From assembly GCA_030672805.1 (NCBI GenBank), contig DAOVFR010000001.1, positions 1 to 34,932 on the forward strand: a stretch of 34,932 nucleotides of DNA. The letters run 5' to 3'. Below, piece after piece: positions 1-8,861 of this stretch (position 1 is the first letter of the stretch; every line of letters starts with the position of its first letter). Position numbers and translations under genes: made by a program. This stretch comes from Candidatus Krumholzibacteriota bacterium. Lineage in GTDB: Bacteria > Krumholzibacteriota > Krumholzibacteriia > Krumholzibacteriales > Krumholzibacteriaceae. Under the pieces are notes generated by a model. That model saw only the letters and a program-made list of their open reading frames with translations, made no database searches and was not told the origin of the DNA.

Positions 1-2124
1 CACCTGGATCGTATCGGAATACCTGCAGTGGTTGCGGGCCGTGACGGTGACGATGATCTGTCCCGTGCTCTGGCAGAGGAAGTTCTCGAACGTCACCTGC
101 CCCGACGGGTTGGTGTGATCATATGCGTAATCATCGCCCTCCTTGTACAGGCAGACCCACGCGGAGTCGTACGGCGAGCCGCCGCTGTAAACACCGATGG
201 TGATATCGTTGGATCCGAAGTCAGCCGACGCAGGGACATTGACGGAAAAAATCGATGCTTTGCGCTGGAAGATGTGGATCTCCGGATCTCCGAGATAGTT
301 ATAGATGAAATGCGTCCAGCGGTCGGCCGTCTCGCCCTGGGCGCTGCCCGTGTACGGTTCACGGGATTGCGTATGAACTTTGCCGAGCTCAACGACATCC
401 TTGCCGAACAGCAGGTAGTAATAGTAATCCATGTAGGGCCTTGAAGCGCTCGGGAATGCAGACCGGCTCGCCCCGGTTACGGCAAACGCGCCCCCGTTCT
501 GATTCAGAAGAAAGTACTCCGCAAGGCAGTCCGTGTCGAAGGCCACGTTAGTGCAGTTCATCAGGTACATGGCATAGAGACCGTCGCCGTTCGTCAGATT
601 GTTTGCATCATAATTAACGATGCTGCCGCTTCCTACCGACATGTTGTACTTGTACCCATGACCGACGTGTACAACGTGGTTAGTGCCGGCTTCGAGCGAA
701 TCTAGTGCCGTGACCTTCGTAAGACAAACGGTTCCCGGGTAGAGAGCGCACGTCTCGTACATCCGTGTGGTCGTCACATCGGGATCGCCCTGGAGGTAGC
801 TGTTGTAGATATCCTCCGTGAGCTCGGCGCCGTCCAGGATTATATCGTCACCGGGAGTATAATCGGACGGGAAGATGACTTCGGCCAGGAAGAGGAACTT
901 CTTCTTCGTCAGTGTATCGATGGGCGTGGAATAGGAAATAGCCTTGTCGACCTGAAGGTCCGCCTCCGACACCGACGAGACAGGGATCCTGCCGAGGAAG
1001 ACTTCGGCGTACATGTCCACCTCGTCTCCAGGATCCAGCGTCTCGTGGAAGGCCTCTCCCCAGAGCGAATCCCCATCGGCATTCCATGTGCCGTCGAGGC
1101 AGGAGTAATACATATCAGTCGGGATGAACTCGCCCGAGTAGAAGGTCACAAAACCGTACCTTGCGGGGATGATATCGGTATCACCACCGAGTACCACCCA
1201 CTCGGCTCCCCACTTCGCATACGCTTCCTGGAGGAAATTCCTGATCGACTCTCCCAGGTCAGCGCCACTTCGATAGTTCTGCGCTATCCACTCGACCGTC
1301 CTGACCACCGCGGGAACCCCTTTGCGCGTCTTCCAGTCTGCCAGCCTCTGGAAAGAGGACGACATCTCCTCGTTCGTCACGATGACGTACGCAACCTCGC
1401 TCCCCTCCATGCTTGGCTGGTAGCTGGGGAGAAAGCCCCTGTCCCCATTGTCGACGATGATCTCGTCAAATGAATAGGAATACGCCGCCTCGGGGTTGAT
1501 AACCTTTGCGCGTACCTCCGCTGCCGCCCGCTCCCTGAACCCGTCAACGTGCCGCATCCTTTCGAGACGGTCCGTCCGTGGCGGCGCCGGAACGGTCTCG
1601 ACGGCCAGCTCAACATCCGTTTCGAGCACCAGCCTCCCCGTATCCACGTTGTAGCGCATCGGGTAGACGGCGAAGGCCGCGATCTGGTATCCCCGGTACA
1701 GATTTGTTCCAACATGGCGGACACGCCACCCGGGAAACACAGAGTCCTTGCCCACGACTTCGACACGGTCACGATAGACACCGTGCCTGATCCCATCGTC
1801 GGCAAGTATCCCGTTGAATCCGGCAAGCGGGATCGACGGATCGACCTCGAACTGGCCCGTGACCTCGAGATGGTACGAGAAAACCTCCTCACCCTGCGGC
1901 AGCAGAACGTTCACGACCCGGTACGGAAGCTCAGGGTAACCGATGAATTCGGTGCCACGGTACCCTTCGATCGAAACGATCACCTTACCCGGTTCCGGTT
2001 CATGAAAATTCAATTCGGAAGGTTCAACAATCAATTTCCATGAAAGGGTCGTCCCCGAAACGGTGGCAAACGAGAACAGGGCGACAATCGCCGCCGCGAT
2101 GATCACGGATCCGGTCCGCCTCAT
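1..2124 (-). CDS. Secreted gingipain-like cysteine peptidase (peptidase family C25), 3' end cut by window edge
   Basis: Absent from the ORF track because it runs off the left edge. Reading the minus strand from the ATG (complement of 2122-2124, preceded by AGGAGGA) gives 708 sense codons with no stop down to base 1. The N-terminus MRRTGSVIIAAAIVALFSFATVSG looks like a signal peptide. AYVIVTNEEM..FQRLADWKTRKG and WVVLGGDTDIIPAR match typical C25 core motifs. NHVVHVGHGYKYN and AMYLMNCTNVAFD fit the His/Cys dyad context. Confidence 0.8.
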   Translation of the reverse strand, partial: MRRTGSVIIAAAIVALFSFATVSGTTLSWKLIVEPSELNFHEPEPGKVIVSIEGYRGTEFIGYPELPYRVVNVLLPQGEEVFSYHLEVTGQFEVDPSIPLAGFNGILADDGIRHGVYRDRVEVVGKDSVFPGWRVRHVGTNLYRGYQIAAFAVYPMRYNVDTGRLVLETDVELAVETVPAPPRTDRLERMRHVDGFRERAAAEVRAKVINPEAAYSYSFDEIIVDNGDRGFLPSYQPSMEGSEVAYVIVTNEEMSSSFQRLADWKTRKGVPAVVRTVEWIAQNYRSGADLGESIRNFLQEAYAKWGAEWVVLGGDTDIIPARYGFVTFYSGEFIPTDMYYSCLDGTWNADGDSLWGEAFHETLDPGDEVDMYAEVFLGRIPVSSVSEADLQVDKAISYSTPIDTLTKKKFLFLAEVIFPSDYTPGDDIILDGAELTEDIYNSYLQGDPDVTTTRMYETCALYPGTVCLTKVTALDSLEAGTNHVVHVGHGYKYNMSVGSGSIVNYDANNLTNGDGLYAMYLMNCTNVAFDTDCLAEYFLLNQNGGAFAVTGASRSAFPSASRPYMDYYYYLLFGKDVVELGKVHTQSREPYTGSAQGETADRWTHFIYNYLGDPEIHIFQRKASIFSVNVPASADFGSNDITIGVYSGGSPYDSAWVCLYKEGDDYAYDHTNPSGQVTFENFLCQSTGQIIVTVTARNHCRYSDTIQV

Positions 2125-2637
2125 GCCTCAATCCTCCTGGATACAGGTTAACGCCAAGTAATAAAAATAAGAAATAAACGTCTTCTGTTGGTAGCTGTCC
2201 GCCTCTAAGATGCAGCTCCTTGAGGGTGGTTTACTCCTCCCTTGTTTACTTCTTCCCGAGAGAGATTGAGGAGTATCAACTGATAACGATACAATTTTAC
2301 AACATTTCTAATCCTCTGTCAAGACTGAGTTTAATATCCACAATTACGAACAGGGTCCCGTGACAATCGCAGTTCAGAACCGCCCCGGTGGCAGTTTCCT
2401 TGCATCACTCCCCACGGGGAAATGCTTGCGCCCGCGGGATGGAGAAAAGAGAAAACCGTTCCGCGTGTACCGGCGGGGCAACCGTCTGCAACTTAACATA
2501 TTATTCAACTCCGGAGGCAGCCGCGCCGCTCGAGCCCCGTACCGGCACCGGCGGGGGGAAGGTAAATATTTCCCGTCGAGGGGGCCCGATTGTTCTCCCC
2601 CGGCATACGACGATCGATCAGCCAGGGAACGGTCATC

Positions 2638-3792
2638 ATGAGAGTCCTGATGGTGCTCAAGCGTTTTCATTCCGCCGAACTTTTCGGTGGAGCCGAGAAA
2701 TCGGCTCTCAGGCTTGCCGGGGCCCTGCTCGAATCGGGTGTGGAGGTGGAAATCGCAGGGGCCGCCCTGAAGCACGGCTGGGACAGGCACGAAACGGTGA
2801 AAACAGGAAGCGGCCGTATTCATGTCGCCCGTCTCATGCATCCACGGATACGCTTCGTCGGCACCTTTGTGTACAATGTGCAGCTTCTTTTCAAGATCCT
2901 TGCCGGACGGCGGACGTATGATCTCGTGCACGTTCACTTCGCCTCTTTCGAGATGATGACCGCGGCGGCCGCGAGGATGCTCGGCGGTCCGCCGGTACTG
3001 TGCAAGATCGCTTGTGCCGGAAAAACGGGAGAGATCTCGATCGCGAGGAAGCGATTCTTCTTTCCCCTGTACCGTTTTTTAGCCTCCAGGGTCGACAGGT
3101 GGATCGCCCTGAGCAGCGATATCGCTTCCGAGTTGAACGCGTCGGGAATCGATGGAATGAAAATAGCAAGGATACCGAATGGTGTCGACACAAATGCCTA
3201 CAGGCCGCCCGGTCCCGAAGAAAAGCTCTCCCTGCGTGCAGTAACAGGTATAAGACACGATTCAACCGTCCTTCTCTTCGTAGGGCGGCTTTCACGCCAG
3301 AAGGCACTCGACGTCCTGCTGGAAGCCGTTTCGAGGTTGAGGCACCTCCCGCTCGAACTCCTGATCGCCGGAAAAGGAACGGAGCGGAACCATCTTGAAA
3401 CGCTCGCAAGCGAGCTCGAGATCAAGCGGGTTGTTCACTTTCTCGGACCGGTCGAGAATGTCGATGAACTTTACCGGCTGAGTGACATCTTCATCCTGCC
3501 GTCGCGTGATGAAGGGCTCTCGAATGCCCTGCTCGAGGCGATGGCCAGCGGCATGAAGGTTATTTCAACAAATGTCAGCGGGTCGGCCGAAGTCATCACC
3601 GACGGAGTATCGGGCAGGCTCGTTCCACCCGGCGATCCATTCCATATAGCCTCGGCGATCGTCGAGGCGGCGCTCGATACCGGCAGGATGGGCGAGGAGG
3701 CGAGAAAAAGGGTGCTCGAACGTTACTCCATCGAGACGGTTGCGAGGAGTTATCTCGATATTTACGCCGATCTCTCCGGAGCCTGGAACTGA
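2638..3792 (+). CDS. Glycosyltransferase family 4 (GT-B fold)
   Basis: ORF 2590..3792; the likely start is the ATG at 2638 (MRVLMVLKRF, a typical GT4 N-terminus). The C-terminal EX7E region reads PSRDEGLSNALLEAMASGMKVISTNVSGSAEVITDGVSGRLV. Confidence 0.85.
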   Translation: MRVLMVLKRFHSAELFGGAEKSALRLAGALLESGVEVEIAGAALKHGWDRHETVKTGSGRIHVARLMHPRIRFVGTFVYNVQLLFKILAGRRTYDLVHVHFASFEMMTAAAARMLGGPPVLCKIACAGKTGEISIARKRFFFPLYRFLASRVDRWIALSSDIASELNASGIDGMKIARIPNGVDTNAYRPPGPEEKLSLRAVTGIRHDSTVLLFVGRLSRQKALDVLLEAVSRLRHLPLELLIAGKGTERNHLETLASELEIKRVVHFLGPVENVDELYRLSDIFILPSRDEGLSNALLEAMASGMKVISTNVSGSAEVITDGVSGRLVPPGDPFHIASAIVEAALDTGRMGEEARKRVLERYSIETVARSYLDIYADLSGAWN

Positions 3793-3842
3793 TTCGTCAT
3801 CAAGTTTTCAGGAGGGATGACGAATTCCGGAATAGAGAACGT

Positions 3843-5111
3843 ATGGCCGCCGGAGGTACGGTGAGAATCCTGTTCCTGATAAACAGCTACCACCCGAGAG
3901 TCGGAGGAGCGGAGCAGCTTGTCCGGTCGCTCTCACGAGAGCTGTGCTCATCCGGCCACCGCTGCATCATTGTTGCCAGGCTGTCCGGGGGCGCCCCGTT
4001 CGTCGAGCGCGGTGACGCCGGGACCGTGATCCGCATACCCGTGGCTGGCCCGAAGGTGTTCCGGTCGATGGTATTCAGGGCGCTGTCCTCCATGCTGCTC
4101 GTTATACTGAGAAAACGGTACGACTGCATTCACGCCCATTCGCTCGATGCACCCGCTGTCGTTGCAACCGCCCTCGGGGCCTTTCTCGGCAAGAAGGTCT
4201 ACGTCACGGTGCACAACACCGGAAAGGTCGCTGCCTGTCTCGAACGCTTCGGCGGCCGGCGTACCCTTGCACAAATCGTCAGCCGCTGCAGCGGCATGAT
4301 CTCCATCAACGACTACATCACCGGCGAGCTCGTCAAGGCGGGATGCCGGCGCGAGAAGATCGCGTTCATCCCGAACGGCGTCGATACTAAAATGTACGCC
4401 CCGCTGCCGGATGACCGGAGACGGCGCGGGCTGTTCAAGCTGGGATTCGTGAACCGGCTGATCTACGTTTTCGTCGGCAACTTCCACAGACAGAAGGGGC
4501 TGGACGTACTGCTCGAGGCGTGGGACCGCTTCCACCGGACCGTGGATGATTTCGATCCGATGCTTCTCCTGATCGGAGACGGGGCCTTGATGGGCTCGTG
4601 CCTGAAATTCGTCAAGGAAAGAGGTCTTGTTGACTCGGTGCGATTCCTCGGGCAACGTAACGACGTGTACCGCTACCTGCAGCTTTCGGATGTGTTTGTG
4701 CAGCCCTCCAGGTGGGAAGGATTGTCGATCGCACTCCTCGAAGCGATGGCGTGCGGAGTGGCCGTCATCGCGACCCCCGTAGGAGGAGCAAAGGCTGTCA
4801 TCAGGGCCGGGGTAAACGGACTGTTCACACGGATTGACGATTCGGAGGAGCTCGCGCGAATTATGAAATTACTCTTTGAAGATACCGCCGCAAGAAAGAG
4901 GCTCGGAACCGGCGCGAGAAGTACGGTAGTGGAGAGCTACTCGATCGCCGCGTGCGCCCGCCTGCACGTGCAACTGTTTTCCGGAGGTACGACCGTTCAT
5001 GGAACTGAAAGCCATAGCAAAGAAGCTGAAAGAAGCGATCCAGCCGCCGTCAAACGTGACGAACAGGCTGCAGGAGAAGAAGCTCGGGAACTATCTGGAA
5101 GGCTTCGATAA
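3843..5111 (+). CDS. Glycosyltransferase family 4 (GT-B fold)
   Basis: ORF with N-terminus RILFLINSYHPRVGGAEQ and the motif PSRWEGLSIALLEAMACGVAVIATPVGGAKAVIRAGVNGLF. An alternative GTG start at 3861 lies 4 nt after GGAGG. The low-complexity C-terminal tail overlaps the next gene. Confidence 0.85.
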   Translation: MAAGGTVRILFLINSYHPRVGGAEQLVRSLSRELCSSGHRCIIVARLSGGAPFVERGDAGTVIRIPVAGPKVFRSMVFRALSSMLLVILRKRYDCIHAHSLDAPAVVATALGAFLGKKVYVTVHNTGKVAACLERFGGRRTLAQIVSRCSGMISINDYITGELVKAGCRREKIAFIPNGVDTKMYAPLPDDRRRRGLFKLGFVNRLIYVFVGNFHRQKGLDVLLEAWDRFHRTVDDFDPMLLLIGDGALMGSCLKFVKERGLVDSVRFLGQRNDVYRYLQLSDVFVQPSRWEGLSIALLEAMACGVAVIATPVGGAKAVIRAGVNGLFTRIDDSEELARIMKLLFEDTAARKRLGTGARSTVVESYSIAACARLHVQLFSGGTTVHGTESHSKEAERSDPAAVKRDEQAAGEEARELSGRLR

Positions 5112-5685
5112 GGAAGCTGTCATCCTCGACCTCGGAGCCGGCCGGAAAAAAACGCGCCGGAACATCGTATCGATCGATCTCTACAGGGCCCCCGGCATCG
5201 ATATCATCGGAGATATCCAGCGGATCCCCCTTGCCTCGGATTCCATCGACGGGATCATCGCACGCGGGGTGCTGGAACACGTACCGGCCCCGGAAGCGGT
5301 TGTCGGAGAGATGTACCGGATCCTGAAACCGGGCGGACGTATCTACTCGTCGATACCGTTCATTCAGGGATATCACCCCAGTCCGGGTGATTACCGGCGG
5401 TACACGATCGACGGCATCGAGCTCCTCTTCTCTGATTTCAGGAAAATCGACTGCGGTATCACGAGAGGCAGCGCTTCTTCGTTCGTATGGATCTGCCGCG
5501 AATTTCTCTCGGAGGTCCTGTCGTTCAACAACGAAACGCTGTACAAGATCCTCAAGATCGCCCTGGGATGGCTGCTTCAGCCCATCAAGTATCTCGATCC
5601 CGTCACCGAACGGCACCGGAAAAGCCACATCGTGGCCTCCGGGTTTACCTTCCTCGGGGAGAAACCCCATACAAGATCCGCCTAG
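4999..5685 (+). CDS. Class I SAM-dependent methyltransferase (Methyltransf_11-like)
   Basis: Contains the SAM-binding motif I VILDLGAGRKK, then IIARGVLEHV and MYRILKPGGRIY, typical of this family. Confidence 0.8.
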   Translation: MELKAIAKKLKEAIQPPSNVTNRLQEKKLGNYLEGFDKEAVILDLGAGRKKTRRNIVSIDLYRAPGIDIIGDIQRIPLASDSIDGIIARGVLEHVPAPEAVVGEMYRILKPGGRIYSSIPFIQGYHPSPGDYRRYTIDGIELLFSDFRKIDCGITRGSASSFVWICREFLSEVLSFNNETLYKILKIALGWLLQPIKYLDPVTERHRKSHIVASGFTFLGEKPHTRSA

Positions 5686-8003
5686 AGTTTCGTCAGGATG
5701 AAGACCGTTGTCAGCGCGCTCGCGACTATGCCGAGCGAGGCCTGGAACATCTTGAGCCAGTTGCGGTCTTTACGTATCCTCTCGGGCACGATCACGGCAT
5801 CACCAAGCTCGAGCCTGTGCGAAAGAGCGTTACGCTTGATCACCCTTCCGTCCGCCTTGAGAACCCGGACCTCCCCCCTCGATGCCCTCATCGTGAAACC
5901 GCCCGCTCTCTCGATGTAGTACCTCGCCCGTTTCTCCCGCCTGAACTTGATCGTTCCCGATGACGCGACCGATCCGATTACATTTACCCCTGACGGGATC
6001 TTCGGAATAAATATCCGGTCACGGTCCTGGAGAAAGATATCCTCTTCGGGATCGCCCTTATCCACAATCCTCGGGAGATCGATAACAATCCTGTTCATCT
6101 TGACCGGATTGATATCGACCGCGGCCATCTCCCGCTGCAGCAACCCCGCCGAATCGATGTATGAGGGCTGCAGGGAAGCGATGATATCGCCCACGTGCCG
6201 CTGCCGGAGCTCATCGACGATCCCCTGCCGGGTGAAAACCGCACCTTCAGGGAATGCATCCACCGTGAATCCTCCGGCACGAATGATCAGGTTCCTGAGG
6301 GTCTCACGATCTCTGTCGAGAACGTATGTGCCGGGGAACTGAACTTCGCCCCCGATCATGACCTTCTCGTGGTCCTTTGACTTGGGAATCTCCCTGACGA
6401 ATATCGCGTCTCCCGCATCGAGCGGAATATCCTTTGGGCCGTAGGGACGTTCCAGAACCTCGAGTAGCGAAATCCCCTGCACCACCGATACCCTCGTACT
6501 GTCGGGGCTCAGCCTGGCGAGATCGGCATGCAGAAGATAGGCCTGCTTTTTCACCCCCCCCGCAAGGAAGATCAGATCGCCGATCGTCATGTTACCGGCG
6601 TACTCGTACCGTCCCGGGTCACGAACCTCGCCCGCGATATGCACGTTCTCGCGGTCCCGCATCCTGTCTGCATGAAAGATTCGGACCCGGTCCATCGGGC
6701 GCATCTCGATATCGCCGAACAGGGCGCCTTTTCTCTTTTGTCCACCATCGGCACGATGTGAAAGACCTAGAACAACCTCGAGATCCACGGAGAAGATCCT
6801 TATCGTCCTGTCGGGCATCGTCCGCGTAACAAGAGCCTTTTTCAGATACGAGAAGGGAAGCAGCATCCCCGGATCGATCAGGTCGGACACCTTCATGCCG
6901 TCTACATACTCGTACGTGCCGGGGTATTTCACCTCGCCATCGACGTAAACGACCCGCTCGGTAAGATCGTGAACGGTCTTGACCAGTATGACATCGCCGT
7001 CTCTCAGCTTGATGTTGCTCTCGTCACCTTCGTCGATGTCGGAGATATCGAGATTGACGAGAACGCGTCTCTCGTTGTCCTCGAACCGGCGGACGTCGAT
7101 ATTCCCGAGAAACGCGGAAGATCGCACTCCTCCAGCGATCCTTATCACGTCGAGCAGCCGCTCGCCTCCGAGGATCTCGTATACAGCGGGCCGCCGCACC
7201 TCGCCGCTGACCGTGACCAGTGGATTCACCACCGGCACGAATATGACATCGTTCGACTCCAGTTTCACATCCTCGCTCACACCCTCGACGAGGAGACGGT
7301 AAAGATCGACTTCCTTGACGATCCGGTTATTGCGAATGAGCCGTATCGAGCGGAGCGTGCCGCGCTCGTTGGGGCCGCCGGCGAGATACAACGTGTTGAA
7401 CAGGGTATAAAGCGAACTCGTCGTATAGGCGCCGGGCCGCTTCACCTCGCCGCTGACAAAAACGGTGATCGATCTGATCTTACCCAGGATCATGTTCATC
7501 TTGAAGGTGGAGTAGATCGTTTTCAGGAGATCCTCGATCCGTTTCTCCGCTGCTTCGAGCGTCATTCCCCACAACACAAGCTCGCCAGCCCTGGGAATGA
7601 ACACCTTCCCCTCCCTGTCAATAACTAGCTCGTGGCTGAGATCGGCTCCCCCCCACAAATTTATAACGATGTGATCCCCGGGCCCGAGAACGTAATCGGA
7701 CGGCACCGGTATCTCGGTCGACGAGATGAACTCATCCGGGGGGTGAGTGAACATGTCGAGTCCGAACCGCCGGCTCTCCACCGGCTCTCCGCCGGTTTTT
7801 TCCCTGGCGGGAGGGACCCGGGGGACGCTTCGCTCGAAGATATATACCGAATCCTGTTCCTCCGCCTTGCCGCCGGCCTTCTCCCGTGTTTCAAGGTACC
7901 GGTCGAGCGCCTCCCGCTGTTCGGCCGTCTGGGCGGCCGGGCCGCCAATCGGTGCAAGGAGCGCCGCACATAAGATAATTACAACGCAAGCGATCCTGGA
8001 CAT
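5682..8003 (-). CDS. Polysaccharide export protein, Wza/KpsD-like, with multiple SLBB repeats
   Basis: Signal peptide MSRIACVVIILCAALLAPIGGPAAQ and the Poly_export motif DYVLGPGDHIVINLWG. Six repeats of the G-E-V-x-x-P-G-x-Y type are present (VSGEVKRPGAY, VSGEVRRPAVY, VDGEVKYPGTY, IAGEVRDPGRY, IGGEVQFPGTY, VIGSVASSGTI). There is a C-terminal hydrophobic helix, and the RBS GAAGGGG precedes the ATG. Confidence 0.85.
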   Translation of the reverse strand: MSRIACVVIILCAALLAPIGGPAAQTAEQREALDRYLETREKAGGKAEEQDSVYIFERSVPRVPPAREKTGGEPVESRRFGLDMFTHPPDEFISSTEIPVPSDYVLGPGDHIVINLWGGADLSHELVIDREGKVFIPRAGELVLWGMTLEAAEKRIEDLLKTIYSTFKMNMILGKIRSITVFVSGEVKRPGAYTTSSLYTLFNTLYLAGGPNERGTLRSIRLIRNNRIVKEVDLYRLLVEGVSEDVKLESNDVIFVPVVNPLVTVSGEVRRPAVYEILGGERLLDVIRIAGGVRSSAFLGNIDVRRFEDNERRVLVNLDISDIDEGDESNIKLRDGDVILVKTVHDLTERVVYVDGEVKYPGTYEYVDGMKVSDLIDPGMLLPFSYLKKALVTRTMPDRTIRIFSVDLEVVLGLSHRADGGQKRKGALFGDIEMRPMDRVRIFHADRMRDRENVHIAGEVRDPGRYEYAGNMTIGDLIFLAGGVKKQAYLLHADLARLSPDSTRVSVVQGISLLEVLERPYGPKDIPLDAGDAIFVREIPKSKDHEKVMIGGEVQFPGTYVLDRDRETLRNLIIRAGGFTVDAFPEGAVFTRQGIVDELRQRHVGDIIASLQPSYIDSAGLLQREMAAVDINPVKMNRIVIDLPRIVDKGDPEEDIFLQDRDRIFIPKIPSGVNVIGSVASSGTIKFRREKRARYYIERAGGFTMRASRGEVRVLKADGRVIKRNALSHRLELGDAVIVPERIRKDRNWLKMFQASLGIVASALTTVFILTKL

Positions 8004-8339
8004 CAGTTACCCCTTCATTTCGTACTCATCAACACTCCGATATTCAGACTCAACATTACAAGTTCCGTTCCATACATCGAAGCGCCGGGCATCCACCGGC
8101 AATGCCGTAACGTTCACTCTATCAAGAGAATATGCGCTCCATGAAAGCACCTGTTCGCGCCTGGCGAACGTGGACCGGCCTCGACGTGCACCTTTTTTCC
8201 CGCGAACCCTGCAATCATTTCCTCTTTCAAACCGGGATTAAAGTCTCACCCGGATCGACCGATATCTCATAGAGAGTACACGCACTTGCATATGAATGCG
8301 TGCAGATGATCCTCGGGACACACAACACGGACTGGAACG

Positions 8340-8861
8340 ATGGAAACAATTATTTACGGAGCCGGACTTCTCGGCAGGACGGCCAAGGAGTTACTCGACG
8401 GCCAGGCTTCTATCGAGATCATCGGATTCATCGATGACGACCCCTGGAAGGAAGGGACAAAGGTCTGCGGTCTGAGCGTGATCGGAAGGGGACGCGAACT
8501 TCCGACGTTCCTTCGCTTCGGCGTGGAGGCGATCCTGGTCGCCATCTCGGACGGCGAAACGAGACTCTGGCTATCGAAGCTTGCGGGGCAAATCGGCTAC
8601 CGGCAGATCAGTGCGATATCGAAAACAGCACACGTATCACCGGACGCCATCATAAGCGATGGATGCATCCTTTCCGACCGGGTGCGTGTCGAGGAAGGGG
8701 CTGTGATCGGTGACAGCTGCTTCCTCGGAGCCGGCTGCACCGTCGAACGCTCGGCGAGGGTACCGGACGGCAGCAACGTCGCGGGCGGCACGACGGTCAA
8801 TGCGGAAAGCGTCCCGGAAACGATGGCAAGGGAGTTCATGTCTCGATCAGAAACGGAGTGA
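8340..8861 (+). CDS. Sugar N-acetyltransferase, NeuD/PglD-like (short left-handed beta-helix)
   Basis: The N-terminal Rossmann-like segment IIYGAGLLGRTAKELL..IIGFIDDD is followed by hexapeptide-like repeats (ISDGCILSDRVRVEEGAVIGDSCFLGAGCTVE). At 173 aa it is shorter than typical family members. Its stop overlaps the next start in an ATGA arrangement. Confidence 0.6.
   Translation: METIIYGAGLLGRTAKELLDGQASIEIIGFIDDDPWKEGTKVCGLSVIGRGRELPTFLRFGVEAILVAISDGETRLWLSKLAGQIGYRQISAISKTAHVSPDAIISDGCILSDRVRVEEGAVIGDSCFLGAGCTVERSARVPDGSNVAGGTTVNAESVPETMAREFMSRSETE

Noticed and set aside
28-2043. Track ORFs 28..444, 93..398, 848..1087, 1045..1473, 1377..1892 and 1549..2043.
   Set aside because: All lie inside, and out of frame with or antisense to, the 708-codon open minus-strand frame encoding the C25-like peptidase.
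2440-2560. A loose resemblance to the c-di-GMP-I (GEMM) riboswitch, based on GGGGCAACC and CTCCGGAGGC.
   Set aside because: The conserved GEMM cores (ACGCACAGGGCAAACC and GCAAAGCCUCCGG with the tetraloop-receptor layout) cannot be aligned. Only short fragments match.
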